Of a DNA stretch of 64,000 nucleotides, positions 24,768 to 38,112 are shown in pieces. Both the position numbers and the translations under genes were made by a program. The stretch spans positions 62,001-126,000 of the forward strand of contig MU008215.1 in NCBI GenBank assembly GCA_010909165.1. Direction: 5' to 3'. Origin of the DNA: Anthoceros angustus. Lineage: Eukaryota > Plantae > Anthocerotophyta. The notes beneath the pieces were generated by a model that was given only the letters and a program-made list of their open reading frames with translations, was not told where the DNA came from and made no database searches. Each line of letters opens with the position of its first letter. Position 1 is the first letter of the stretch.

Positions 24768-26821
24768 TACTCCCTTCTCACTTGTTGGCGTCCTCGCCAA
24801 CTTATTGATAATACTTTTAACTCGCCAACCAACTCGGTTGGCAAGCTGCATTCAAGCTGCGCGGTGGATGGAACCATTGTGGAAAACCTCCGGGACCCTT
24901 AGAGAGGTTTTGGAACATGCCAGATATAAATCTCCGATCGTCGGTTCGTGAAGCTCTTTCTCCCCTTCTCATTCGAGGCCATCTTGTCTCCCTTACCCTG
25001 TTCAAATTGGGTTTGGCCTCTCGCCCTCCCGCTGCGCGCAGTCTCATGGAAAGTCATCCTCCGGTCTCGTTCCACCTTCTCCGTTGTAGGCAGTGGCGTC
25101 ACTCTCCACGAGATACATTTGGTTATAGCGAGTACCCATCTAAGAAGGAATACTCCATCCATGACGGATCTAGGATGTTATCGTTGAAGGCAGAGAATGA
25201 TCCTTCTTGGTGACTTCATCCAACTTCGCCAATCCGGAATTGCTCCGGTTCGGTCGATCTTATGCTTTCCCCATTCCTTGGTATACCCTTTATCGGTCAC
25301 ATTGAAGGCAAAGACATCGATGAATTCCAAGCAACTGTTTCATGCCCCTCAAGCCACTTCATTGCTTTGGAGAATTTGAGCACTTTTCACGGGAGTACCT
25401 CAACATCCTTGACTTCATCCCTGTACCTTCCCTCTCTCTTTTCGACCCCAAATCCTCTTGCTCTAGCGGTTCCTCTTCGCATGCCCCATTCTCTAAGCAT
25501 CTTCCGAGGTGAAGCATGCCCATTCCATTTTCCTCATCCGTTGTTCCGCACTTCTCCCTCCTCCTTCCATCGAAATCCTAGTGCTGGCTCCATCCCCACA
25601 GTTAATCTGTGGGATATCTCTCAATAATCGTGTTCCTCATCGGACCATGAGATGTGCGCGAGGAATCTATCTTTTCATCCGTTTCCCCGATGTGTCCACT
25701 TTCTTGGCCTCGCCTCCTTCCTTGCTCCATCTTTTTTGCATACGCCTCTTGTTTCCCTTGCCGACTCTTTGTTCTCCACGACCTTCTTTCCTTCCACCTC
25801 ACCCCTTGATTTCTTCTTCCTTCGGGCTCCTCATCGGCGACTCTTTCTCCCAGGAGGATGAGGAATCCTTTTCTTTTCCGTGGACTTCTTGTCCTTCTTA
25901 GCCTTCTTCTCCCCTTCCTCCTTCTTCATCTCCTGAGTTGATACCTCGTAGTTCAATGCGCCATAGGTTTGCCCAAACTCTTCTCCGCTTGCAACCACCT
26001 GTCTCCATCTTAGAACCCAGGCCTTTAGCGAACCACCGTATTGCAGCTGAATGAGGACCACTACGATCACGTGGTGAAACCTCTCAACATACGCTTGCAA
26101 GGTTTCCTTCCTCTCTCTTTGTAACCTCTCAAGCTTGGACAACCGTAGCCCTCCATGTCAATCCCCCCAAACCTCTGCATTCTTCAATTCTTCAAAGGTG
26201 GTTGGGGTGTGGTGACTTGAGGTACTGTGCCTATACCACTTTCTTTGGACCAGAACTCCATAGACGGTTGAATGCGGCCACTTCTGGTTTGCAAATGTCA
26301 TGCTCAAAGCGCTCAACAAATTCATCGATCCTCATATTTTCCTCTCCATACAGCGGTAAGGTTGCTTGGTGGTGACCACCGCAGTGGTGGACATGGCCGT
26401 GGGCGATTCGATGTAGTGGTTGATTACAGCGTGTCTGCGAAGTTGATTGGATGCGATGCACACACACTTGGAAGAGAGGTCGGACAAGATTGGACCAAGG
26501 TTCCTCGGCCGTGGTACCTCGTCCAAAACCGAGATTGGGGATCTTGCTCCAACAAGATCGGACCCCGAATCCCGTTGATTCCCCTCCTTCCTTCTCCGGC
26601 AAGTCGTCCTCCAATTGGGTCCTCCTCAACTCCCGATCCAACCTCTTCAACCTTTCCAGCTTGTGGCCGCCGCTTGAGGCTTCTCTTCCCGACTTGACTC
26701 AGATCCTCCGACTCAACTCGTGGCATCCATCTACCAAACTAAATACACTCAAAGACTAGACACCTAAGCTATGGTTAGTCTTTCCTATAATCTGAGGTTT
26801 CATTCCCCAGCAGCGCCAAAA

Positions 26822-28950
26822 TGTGGAATGGGTTTTGCATCCGAAGGCAAAGAGGCCACATTTACCCTCTATGTCGTTATAGTCCTAGGATTCGATCCCA
26901 AGGGAATGGTTTTGTGTCAAGATGTTTCAAACTATGGGTTCTAGTCCTCCTACAATCGGTTCCTACCCAGCCATAATCAACTACCGTGTCCGATCCCACG
27001 ACCGTGGTAAGTTCGGCCACCACCGTGGTGGTCGCCACCATGGTGGATTCCGCCACCGCCGTGGTGGATTCCGCCACCGCCGTGGTGGATTCCGCCACCG
27101 CGTGGTGGATTCCGCCACCGCCGTGGTGGTTTCGGCCACCGCGATGGTGACCCGGCCTGGTGGGACCCACCCGACCGGCCAGCGTCGCGATCGACTATTT
27201 GGCGCCCGGTTCCCTGCACGCTTGTTAAGGGCTATGGTCCTATGCACGGGTTCACATGTACACCAAGTCACACTCATGTGGATTCACACGAGCTCACGGT
27301 GGATGCACCATGGCCCGCGTCCGGCATCACTCCATCGCGATTTCCTCGACCCCACAATTTATTCCCAACCTTCCTCGTTCCGCATTTTCCGGACTCGCGC
27401 TCACCACTTCCTAGACTCCTCTTCACACACGACTCACTCACCCCTTTCTTCCGGGACCTCATACACACAAGATGTTCCCACAGATCCTCCTCTCCCTCTT
27501 GGGCCACAGACCCCTCCCACAGACCTCCTTGGGCCACAGGACCCCTCCTTGGGCCACAGACCCCTCCTCGGGCCACACAGACCTCTCTTGGGCCACCAGA
27601 CCCCTCCTTGGGCCACAGACCCTCCTTGGGATTAGACACAATGTGGTTAGGCAGGGTTGGGAAAGGAAAAAAAGCAGTGGTCGGCTCACAGGCGATTCGC
27701 ACCAGCGATCTCACCCGGTCCCTGAGAATTTCCCTCTCGCATGCATTGAGCACCCTTCACCACTAGTCACCCAGGGCGGAGCTTGGTCACTCGGCTCTCG
27801 ACCATCCGAGGATCTCCCGGCCCTCTTGTGACGAGAGGCACACATCATCGTCATCGATCGGATGTCTCCAACCAACCACACTTTCGACACACGGAGCTCA
27901 CACGAAATTGTCTAGAGAGACACTCAAGGGTCTCTTATACATCGGCCGCGCCATAGCTCACTTTCCGGTGTCTAAAGATGGCTAACCTACCTCCGGTGTT
28001 TAAAGATGGCTAACCTACCACAGCGCGCCTACCAATTCGGGTACAAATTCACAAGCTTCCTAGCACCTTATCCTCTAATCCAAGTGAAAGCCTCGACCTA
28101 TGATGCGCTCCCTCTAAAATCAGCGCGCCCGCCTCATTGGCCTAGCCCCGGCCCATGGGTGTTCCCCTCTCTCCTACCACGCCTCGATCCAAAGATCCTC
28201 CAATATCTCCACCTCACTCGCTATCCAGGTCCCTTCACTCCTCCTAGGAGGGCCGCCCGTCTTGCCCCGCGCGCGTTTCCTCGCTCCTCATCATGGACAG
28301 CCAAGCGGTCGTTCCTCCATGCTCTAGCCTCCGCCTTGCTCATTTCCTCGAGCACAACTTTGTGAAGGTATGCCCTCATGGACAATCACAGGCTGGCGCT
28401 TCACGGAATGAGGGGGTTGCATCCCCTCCTCAGAGCTCGGTGGCTTCCCCACCTTGGGTCCTTCTTCGACGGTGGCGGACCACCGTGGTGGCTGCCATGA
28501 CGGTGGTGGCTCCACCACCGTGGTGGTTCTAGCGGTGTTGTTTCAACCTGCGGTGGTTTGCTACCCTTCTTGATTTTGCCTCTCTCTTGACCACGGCCCT
28601 AGCCTCACCTCTCTCCCGCTTATACCTCTCGCTAGCTTCTTGAACTTCTCCGGAGGTGCAGGCGTCTCCACTTGTTCAGGCCCCTGTTCTTTGAATGAAG
28701 GATCCCCACCTTATATAGACAATTTTATTCCTAAAATCCCAAGGTCCAAGGACCTTCTAACGACGACATTCAGTTCGAGGCCCAAGGACTAATTATTTGT
28801 AAAAGTAATATTGTCATGGGCCAAGGACCATTTTAGTATAAAAGGCCTTGCCTCGGACATTTCCTAAGCACTCCATCACACAAAACATAAGAAAAAAAAA
28901 CATTCAAACCAACAATCCAGGGAGGGTTAGTGTACATGTGGTCTTCCACA
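26822..28950 (-). repeat. 5' LTR, short family A
   Basis: Direct repeat of 22652-24767, adjacent to the PBS. Confidence 0.93.
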
Positions 28951-30990
28951 CAGTGCATGGGATTGGTGGCATACCCTTTTCTATCTACCGAGTACATTCA
29001 CAGGGTGACACATCCGTTAACGAGCGGCTAGGACTTGTATGTGATAAGAACATGGATGAGGCAACTTGGATCAAGGTTGAGGATTGCCGCTTTTGTGCAT
29101 CTCGCACACATCTAGTCAACATGCCCAATGAATCATTGTGGAAATCAAGACATTGTCGATCACGAGTTTGTTGATCACGAGTTTGTCGATCACAAGTTTG
29201 AGATCACGAGTATGTCGATCAGAGTTTCACACGCGATTGTCAAGCTTCCAAGAGTTTTTGAGATTTCATGTAGCATACATGTGCTACATAACATTGTCCA
29301 ACATTAAACCTTTTAACAATATTGTCCAAAAACACGTCCCAAAGGTGGGTTGGCCCATCCACGCACAACAAGAGTGTTGTCACACGCCCGCCACCCATAT
29401 GACAAAACCGCACTGACAAGGACTAGCACACCTAATAATGTCACTTACCGCATGGTTGGAACACCACGAGGCGGATAGTCTAGCAACCGATAAAATGTAT
29501 GTATCGCTTGGAATCATCTCATAGTAGAGGCCCGAGCTAGGCCCGCCTCAAAATTTTCTTTTCCCTGCTTAGGTCGACATACGCCTCTTCCAATGTTTCC
29601 ACTTCAATGTGGCCTTCAACAGTAAAATCAACATGCTCGAGTTTGGTTTCTCCACGGGGACCATAAAGACGCCGCCACGTGATGCCATCCGTGTCATGGA
29701 GAAGGTCCACTGAATCTCCAATTTGTCATTTGTTGCTTTCTTCTTCTTCGGCGACGTCGTGGTTGCCTCGCCTCCATCCTTCCATTTCAAGGGCCCTGAG
29801 TTGGTTGAGGCTTCCCTGTCAAGCCTAGTCTCGCCGTGATGTGTCCAGACATGTCCACTAGGTCAAGAAGAAAGTGGGGCGCAGCCCAACACCACCACGG
29901 ACATGGGCTTGTACATCCCGGCCCACTTGAGCACTGGAAGGGCAACAACGTTCGAGACAAGCTTTCCACCCCATCCCAAATTGCTCATGGTCGCCATGCA
30001 TAACCACCGTGGTCACCAAGTGTTAAAGTGGCCTCTTGCAGATGCTCCTTAGTGGCCTTCCGTAGGATGGTCCAGTGGCGCCTGGACAATGCGATCCTCG
30101 CCACCTCATGCATGTGATTCTCGTGAGTGACCTCTTGCACATGATGTGGCCTAGCACCCACCCCAACATGGCATGTCGGAAAATCAACAAACAAGTTGCT
30201 CTAAGATGTCTCGATGGCAATCAGGGCTCAATGTTTGATCGAACCACCACCACGCCAATTTCCTTCGGCAAATCATCCTGCTTGTTGCCATCCTCGATTT
30301 CGCTACTAGATTCTCCACGCACCATGGACCCGCACATACCGGGAGTCTCGCCACCATGGAACCCGTGCCACCACACCACAAACACCCTTCAAGATGCTCA
30401 TTCGCCAACCAGCCATCCTCCTCCTGTTGTGCCTTATGCCTCGGCCTCAGACTTGCCTCCCGCTTCTCGCCCACCTAGCATGGAAGTGCCTTGATCACAA
30501 GAACCAACCCCAAGGATTTATGGCTTGTGGGTCATCGTAGTAATGTGTAACTACAACCAAGAAAGTAATATCATCCTGCTAAAATTTGGTGAAGGAGAAC
30601 CTCTAGCAAGAACAACCTCTGGAGTTTGTAGCACATAAGTTTGCATGTTCCAAAGAACCTTGGTTGCACATTGGTCTCTCCTGATAAGAATTGGTGGCCT
30701 CCGGAACGGAAGGTGTTTTGTCCACGGCCTTTCCTGTACCATTAGGCTAGCATCTAAGACCTTTCACACCGAAAGCAAAATAAATCATTAACTTCTAACA
30801 ATCTAAGTCCTCCAAAATGGGTTGAAAGTACTTGCGCACCAACAAAGGTGTGCATCGAGCAATTTGAGGTTCCTTGATCCGCCACATACCCAATGACAAC
30901 TGGTCCTTTCAAAGTACCTGCACAACGCAAGAGCGGAGCAAATGGAAGCTTCTTATCTCGCTCATGCACCCCAATGCCGAGACATCGAAC

Positions 30991-31618
30991 TTAGTAGGGC
31001 TTCTCCAATGTAGTTCCTCGTGGGTTGTAGTCAGATGATGAAGATGGAAGAATCTTTTACGCTGATTGTTGCACATATCCTTATACATATTGAGAGAATC
31101 GCGACTCGTTCCAATGCAATAAAAGGATGAGAGCGAGTGCACCAAGCAAGCACTTGGTGTAACGCCCACATCCGCCCGAGGCGCAAATGTTAGTGGCGTA
31201 GTTTTAGTACTTCTCGGGTCCACGCCAAGATCTGACGATCACCGCGGTGGAGCGCCAATAGCCTGGTAACAAATTCTCCCGACCGCCGTGGAAGTGCAAC
31301 AGCTTGTCCGTGTCCCCCGGTTTCAATCGGACGTGAGGGCTTACTAGGGATCGCAATGAGAACATGCCCGAATGGGAGAGTCTCTTGGATCTTGGGGCAC
31401 GAGGAGCGGCAAGCCCGAACGGAGAATCTCTAGGTGATTGAATCTCAGAACGCACGCCATGACGTGTTCAAACCGACGTGTTCTTGACTAGACTTTGCCG
31501 ACTCTACTAATTAATCTTAAGTTAGTCTCTCAAGCTAACCTCGACTTCCTAGCTACCCTCATGCCACACACAATCGACACGGCCTCCGCCAAGGGATCGC
31601 TTAGCTCATACATTCCAT
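30991..31618 (-). pseudogene. PR-1/CAP family, copy c (shorter internal segment)
   Basis: Collinear with copies a and b, with GRENL and EKY motifs. The segment near 31080-31100 is shortened or replaced. Confidence 0.75.
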
Positions 31619-31790
31619 CAGACTCGTGATTAACTTTGTCCTTCACTAAACCTTTCTCAATCCACTGTGATAAGTTAGACGGAACAATATCATGGAAGTT
31701 TATGATTGTCATATATTTTGCTTCGTAGTTCACATTTACATATGCTAATCCATTCTACCAACTACATACTATACGGGACTAAGTTCAATG

Positions 31791-33768
31791 CTAGCTCATT
31801 GGAAAGGTTATATGAAATTGGCGGCCCTTCACCAGACCTCCATAAGTCACCCATGTTTCACCACCATTTGCATCATCTCCATTTCGCACTCCAATATCGA
31901 ATGATGTGATCTTGTGCCTCACCTCGCTTTGGCCCTGCTCACAAGGACGCGATTTATAATACCGCTAAAAGTTCCACCTTTATAAAGCACACGTATCTCT
32001 CGTGATATGCTCCTCAAAATTTTGAACTTGAGCTGAATTCCCACTTCCCATTGGCATTGATATATCTTGTCGACCTCTCGTCCTGGACAACTTCACCTCC
32101 GAACGACAAGAAATTACTAGATTACAATCCACCATCTCTAAATATATCTTTGGCCAATATCCAACTGCTTGGCTATTTACATCTAATACCCAATCTCCTT
32201 CATCCACTTCAATAGAAACTCTAAAACCTACATCACTCAAGATCTTGTGTTTGAAAAGGATCGGTATCATTGGGCTTTCACCCACAAAAATAAACCCCGA
32301 GCATTCTAAATTATAGCATCCATCCTCATAGGAGTCCGTCATTCATCAACACGTTTCAAAACATAAAACACAAAACTTACAATTCAAAGTACAAGATTGT
32401 AATTTCAATAAAGGAGGTATAGAAAATTTAAATCATCATTCAAAATATAAAAAATGTGGTCGATCTTCATTTCCCATACCATCGCATTTATATGGATACA
32501 CCTATCGTGAATACCACAACTTAAAATTTACAAATGTAATCGACTATAGATCTCAAATGAAAGCAAGATAAAATTACAACACTTACGTACATCCAACTTC
32601 CATTGATTGATGAATGCTTCCATAATTTTGCACCCATATTTGTCCATTTGAGAAATCATTTTCATCATAAGATCTGTCGGTGGTTGATAAACATTCATTG
32701 TTGTAGCTATTCCGTAGGGCTTGTGAGAAGCGTCATCAAACGATCTAAAATCCATTAACCCATGCATGCGCCCAAAGTCAAAAGGTACAAGGTAGTCAAT
32801 TCTATATTTATTTCTAAAAGATCAACATTAGTCCACACAATAATATGTATATCCATACATGGATCTATGTGCAAATGTATTCAATATTTCTACCATCTCG
32901 AACGATTGAAAGTTAAAAGACAACATGACATATATGTTTGTACGCAAACACTCAGCTAGAAAACTTACCCAACGATCGGTGAGGTCGTCATCAATGTTTT
33001 AGAACTGACGACCATTGCTAAAATAGGTAGACTGCTTAAGAGATCGCCTGGCCCAAATCAATTCGCTCGGATGTATCACTCGAGCTATAGGAACACATCC
33101 CGGAGGACAACGTCCAACCTCTTTTGAAACACAGAGATATAGTCATGTTTGGGTGCTTATTTTCAAAATCTTTAGAAAGCAATGAAGTACTTTTCTTAAG
33201 TCCATTCTTCCGTATGTAGCATCACAATGAAAACATTAGAATATCGCTTAAGACATATCCAATCTCCTTTATAGAGCATCCTCCTTCACAAAGATTACAG
33301 CACTGGAAATATGAGACATGGTTTAAGACATCTACATGCATCAAGGTCATCAATCCAAACATTGAATAAAACTGTGTAGATGAATTTTAACCTTATAATG
33401 TTCCTTATAATAGGATCTTGAAACCGAGTTGATCTTCAAATTTTACACAATCAATAATGTCATTCTAAAAAGTCATAAAAATTATTGTCAAAAAGGAAAA
33501 ATGAAGACGCTTTATGAACTCTTATCAATAATTACCATTACCCTTATTACATTCTTAAAACAGTATAAAACAAGAGCAAAACCAACATGTACATGTGATC
33601 GTATAAGACTTTACAAATGGTCGATTGATAACATGCATAGCCTTGGGAATATTCTCGATAAAACCGCTTGATCGAACTCTTTAATTGTTGTCATGATGAT
33701 CATTGAAAACAAAATCAATGATAATACCTGATAAAGGAAGATATCATCGAGCCCACCCATAATGCCAT
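31791..33768 (-). CDS. Neprosin-family gene, copy 2, indels as given
   Basis: Collinear with 15782-17771; YGIATTMNVYQPP, TDSYEDGCYNLECSGF, VGYWPK and MPMGSG motifs. Confidence 0.82.
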
Positions 33769-34555
33769 GGATCGAACTAGTAAATTCTATAACAAGTATT
33801 AAAACTCACACCTCTATCTACAAATGAACTACACATCTATGCACATATATAGAGAAACCACCGAGAATATCATAGATTCAACTCGAGAACCGTCCGTCAG
33901 TCAATTCTTCTAAAATTATTGGGTTGGGGCAATGCCCACAAACCTCTTTAACAAGGAACAGGGAAGCTCTTGCCGATGCAAAAGCTAGTAGGCATGTCAT
34001 ATACGCTTACGTGAGATTTTTCTTGTAACAGAATGAGAACGACCCATGTATGTGTAGGATGTTGGCTTTCTCGTAACTGGACGAGCGCCTCTTGTCTCAT
34101 TCCACCGCCCCATCACAAAGACGCAATCCACGATTTTGTGTGCTCACATGGTGCATATGTTAAGAATGGAGGACGCTGTACTCACTTACTATGAGGAGGT
34201 TAATGTTTAATTAATAGTCATCTATTGAATAGTCACATCGCTTTGGGTTATGGTCACTTGAACATCCTAGATCGGATTTACCATCCCAAAATACCTTTCT
34301 CTGCCTATTTTCCTATCCCATTTCGCTTGTAATTAATTACTTCCTAATTAATATATCCCTCATTAAGTATTCTCTATTTTAACTGCTTATCTAGTTCCTC
34401 AAAACTTGACTTGAATCTCCTAGTAAGTCCTTTTGCATGCATGTTTACAAGTTGGTCTTATCTGTTCGGACACTGATATAGTCTATGATGCCCCAGGGAT
34501 TTATAGTCGACTTGTTCCAATCGTCCCCGATGGTCCCCACTCTAGGGGATACTCA

Positions 34556-37188
34556 CGTGGACAAAACACCTTCCTGTTCCGAGGCCACCAATTCTTATCC
34601 GGAGACTAACTGCAACCAAGGTTCTTGGAACATGCAAACTTATGTGCTACAAACTCAGGTTGTTCTTGCTAGAGGTTCTCCTTCACCAAATTTTAGCTGT
34701 GATGATATTCGCATCATGGTTGTAAGCGTTACACATTACTTTGCGCGACCCGCAAGCCATAAATCCTTGGGGTTGGTTCTTGTGATCAAGGCACTTCCAT
34801 GCTAGGTGGGCGAGAGGCAAGTCCCGAGAGGCCGAGCACATAGGCAACGAGGAGGATGGCTGGTTGACGAATGAGCATGCCGAAGGGTGTTTGTGGTGTG
34901 GTGACGGGTTCCATGGCCGAGACTCCGGTATGTGCAGTCCATGGACTGCAGTGGAGAGTCTATGTAAATCGAGGATGGCAACAAATGTGATGATTTGTCA
35001 AGGAAATTGACGTGGTGGTGGTTCTACCAAACATTGAGCCACGCTTGCCATCGACATGCCGGGCAACTTGTTTGTTGATTTTCCAGATGCCATGTTGGGT
35101 CAGGTGCTAGGCCACATCATGTGCAAGAGGTCACTCTCGAGAATCTGTGCATGAGGTAATCGAGGATCGCATTGTCCAAGACGCCACTGGACCATCCTAC
35201 GGAAGAGGCCACTAAGGAGCATCTGCAAGAGGCCACTTTAACACTTGGTGACACAGTTGTCTGTGGGCGCCCATGAGCAATTTGGGATGGGGGTGGAAAG
35301 GGCTTGTCTCGGCAATGTTGTTGCCCTTCCAGTGCCTCAAGTGGAGCAGGATACAAGCCTCGTGTCCGTGAATTGGTGTTGGTCAGACACGCCCGCACCT
35401 CACCCAGTGGACATATCCGGACACATGGCATTAGGCTTACAAGACGGGGAAGCCTCAACCAACCTGTGGCCCTTGAAATGGAAGGATGGAGGAAACACTG
35501 ACCAGTCGCTCAAGAAGAAGGTTGCAAATAAATGACAAATTGAGATTCAGGACCTTCTCCATGACACGGATGGCATCACAAGAGGCGCCTTTATGGTCCC
35601 CGTGGAGAAACCAAACTCGAGCATGTTGATTTTACCGTTGAAGGCCCTGAAAGTGGAAACATTGGAAGAGGACTGTCGACCTAGCTTGGGGAAAAGAAAA
35701 TTTGAGAGCGGAACCGAGGTAGCTCGGGCCTCTACTATGAGATGATTCCAAGCGATACATCCGTTATCTTGCTAGACTATCCGCCTCGTGGTGTTCCAAC
35801 CATGCAAATCGACATTATTCGTGTGTGCTAGTCCTTACATACGAATTGCAGTTTTGTCATATGGGTGACAGGACTGTGTGACAACACACTCTTGTTGTCT
35901 GTGGATGGGCCAACCCACCTTTGGGACGTGTTTTTGGACAATATTGTTAAAGGTTTGTTGTTGGACAATGTTATGTAGCACACATGTATGCTACATGAAA
36001 TCTCAAAAAACTCTTGGAAGCTTGACAATCGCGTGTGAAACTCCTGATCGACATACGTGATCTCCAAACTTGTGATCGACAAACTCGTGATCAACAAACT
36101 CGTGATCGACAATGTCTTGATCTCCACAATGATTCATTGGGCATGTTGACTAGATGTGTGCGGATGCAAAGCGGCACCGCAATCCTCAACCTTGATCCAA
36201 GTTGCCTCATCCATGTTCTTATCACATACAAGTCCTAGCCGCTCTCGTTATGGATGTGTCACCCTACGATGAGAATGTACTTTCAATGCGATAGAAAAGG
36301 GTATGCCACCAATCCCATGCACAACCTCCAGGCCTCTAGCCTTCCTACCAGTGCGCTCTTAGTCTTCCTTGATAAGCCAAGTCTTCCTTCATCTTCTCAA
36401 TCCACCACAGGAATCACCGCGTCCGCATCGGCCGGACTCGGGCAGCCCGGCCGCCCGTCGCCGCCTTTGTCCTCACGCATCGATTGCAAATTGGGTTGCT
36501 TGCGGCCAAGTAAGCGGTACCATTCCGACTCCAGCGGTGGCGTTGCCTTCGTCGGCCATCCACGGATCGCATCTTCAACCAATACCGCTTTAGCTGTGCC
36601 CTTTCCATACGATGCAAGTATTTGGCGGCCCACCTCCGATTGTACAATTATAGCCAAGAGGTACCAAGCTCGGGGCTAACAATTCCACCTCCCTCCGATT
36701 GCTAGGTTCGCGACCAAGCGGCGCTTAACACATGCCATGGATATGGAGGATGTGCGATGCGCTGCAATGTGAAGAAAACGAGGGCTTGCAATATCAACAG
36801 CGGTGGAGGACTTGGTAAGATTTCCGGAGGAAGAAGGCGCGTGCCGAAATGGATTCAAATGGTAGATCTGAAGCGGGACAAAGTAATTAATGCCCACATA
36901 TGGGGACTCAGTAGCCTCTTGGCGGGGCCCATGAAAGCAAGCACGAATCAGCCCTCCATTCACCGTGATAATTTGGAGCAAATGGGGGTGAGCATAATGA
37001 CAACAAGGTCACATCGATCCATGATTGGTCCATAGATTGGTGTGAAGTTCCCATCCCATTGGGTCTTTTGAATACTACACCGTGTGGACATAGCTAAATA
37101 GACAATCAAATGGTGTTCAAATTTGGTGACCGCAGGCGCACTTTGGCAAAGCCATAGATAGGAAAGTTATGCAGACGCACGCACATGT
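34556..37188 (-). repeat. Inverted-repeat arm Y' (at least 2.6 kb, ends at the assembly gap)
   Basis: Reverse complement of arm Y without the LTR element. Confidence 0.92.
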
Positions 37189-37189
37189 N
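37189..37189. other. Single N, probable contig join
   Basis: The only N in the window; homology to arm Y stops exactly here. Confidence 0.85.
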
Positions 37190-37209
37190 CCTGACCCTTG
37201 AAATTTCAC

Positions 37210-37420
37210 CTTCCCTCTCTTTTCTAGGTTTTTCTCCTCCTCTCTTCTCTTTTTGTCTTTTCTCTTTTCTCTCTTGCTCCTTCCTTCTCCTCTCTTGCTC
37301 CCTATCCTCTCTAGCTCCTCTCTCCGTCCTCTCTCGCTCTCTCTCTCTCTCTCTTTTCTCTTTTCTCTCTTTTCTCCTCTCTTCTCCTCTCTTCTCTAAT
37401 CTACCTCTTCCACTCTTCTA
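37210..37420. repeat. CT-rich low-complexity tract
   Basis: Almost pure pyrimidine run on the plus strand, including (CT)n. Confidence 0.85.
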
Positions 37421-38112
37421 GCTAACTCTCCCGGCCACCCTCCACAGCCTCCCCAGCCTCGAGATCATAGGGCATTGCCCTCACGGACCTAGGCAGGACA
37501 TTTTGGTTGCGTCTTGGATTTTGCTAGGGGTCTTCCCTTTACCCATCACTGCAACCACAATGCGCTCCCTCACGCTCGAGCGCTACCAGCTACCTCCCAC
37601 AGAAAGGTTTGGGCCGCCCGCACCTCAAGACCCTACGGACACCATGCACCCTCACCACGGTCGGCATGCGCTTGTGTAAGCAAGCACACAGTCGGAGAGC
37701 AAGGCATGACATTTTATTATGGAGCTCCTCCCCTCTTATAGGAGCTCCCCAAACCCTAGCATTAATTAAGTCGGTGGGGTAGGTGGGGTTGCTTACGGTT
37801 TTAAGTAGGTGGCCTCTTAAGGTTCTTAACCTCCTAACAATCCCACTAACCCCTATAATGACCCATTCACTCCCCTACCAACTATCGCCTACTTCTTCTT
37901 GGGTGTTGGCATGGCCGGGCGCCACCATCTTCCTCTCTTGGCTTGGGGTGTCCCTGTCAGGATCTCTTCACTCGTCGTCGGGAACCTCCACACTGTCTCG
38001 GTGATCTTGGTTGATGAAGGCGGGAGCGCCCCTCTTGCGGGCGCTCTTGTAGAGCCTTGGCCTCTCTATGTTGTCTTGCCGTGCAATTACCTCAAGGTGG
38101 TTGGAGTCTTGG

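Larger units (their letters stand above)
22652..28950 (-). mobile_element. Non-autonomous, internally deleted family A LTR retrotransposon
   Basis: Two ~2.1 kb LTRs with TGTGGAA/TTCCACA ends, PBS at 26804-26818 and PPT GAGAAGGGAGTA at 24768-24779. The 2 kb interior holds pieces of gag, the RT start and the integrase end. The empty site is visible in the inverted arm at ~36300-36340; the TSD is degenerate. Confidence 0.92.
21717..30726 (+). repeat. Inverted-repeat arm Y (21717-22651 plus 28951-30726, split by an LTR element; partner 34556-37188)
   Basis: GGAAGGTGTTTTGTCCACG (to 30726) pairs with CGTGGACAAAACACCTTCC (from 34556). ACATGTGCGTGC at 21717 pairs with the sequence ending at 37188. 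Confidence 0.92.
30727..34555. mobile_element. Cargo cassette, copy 2 (3.8 kb)
   Basis: Same ends, orientation and content as 12922-18547 but without the tandem duplication. Confidence 0.7.

Noticed and set aside
34556-37188. Long-read fold-back chimera
   Set aside because: The arms differ by a complete LTR element with a clean empty site, and the spacer is a 3.8 kb cassette that is also found elsewhere.
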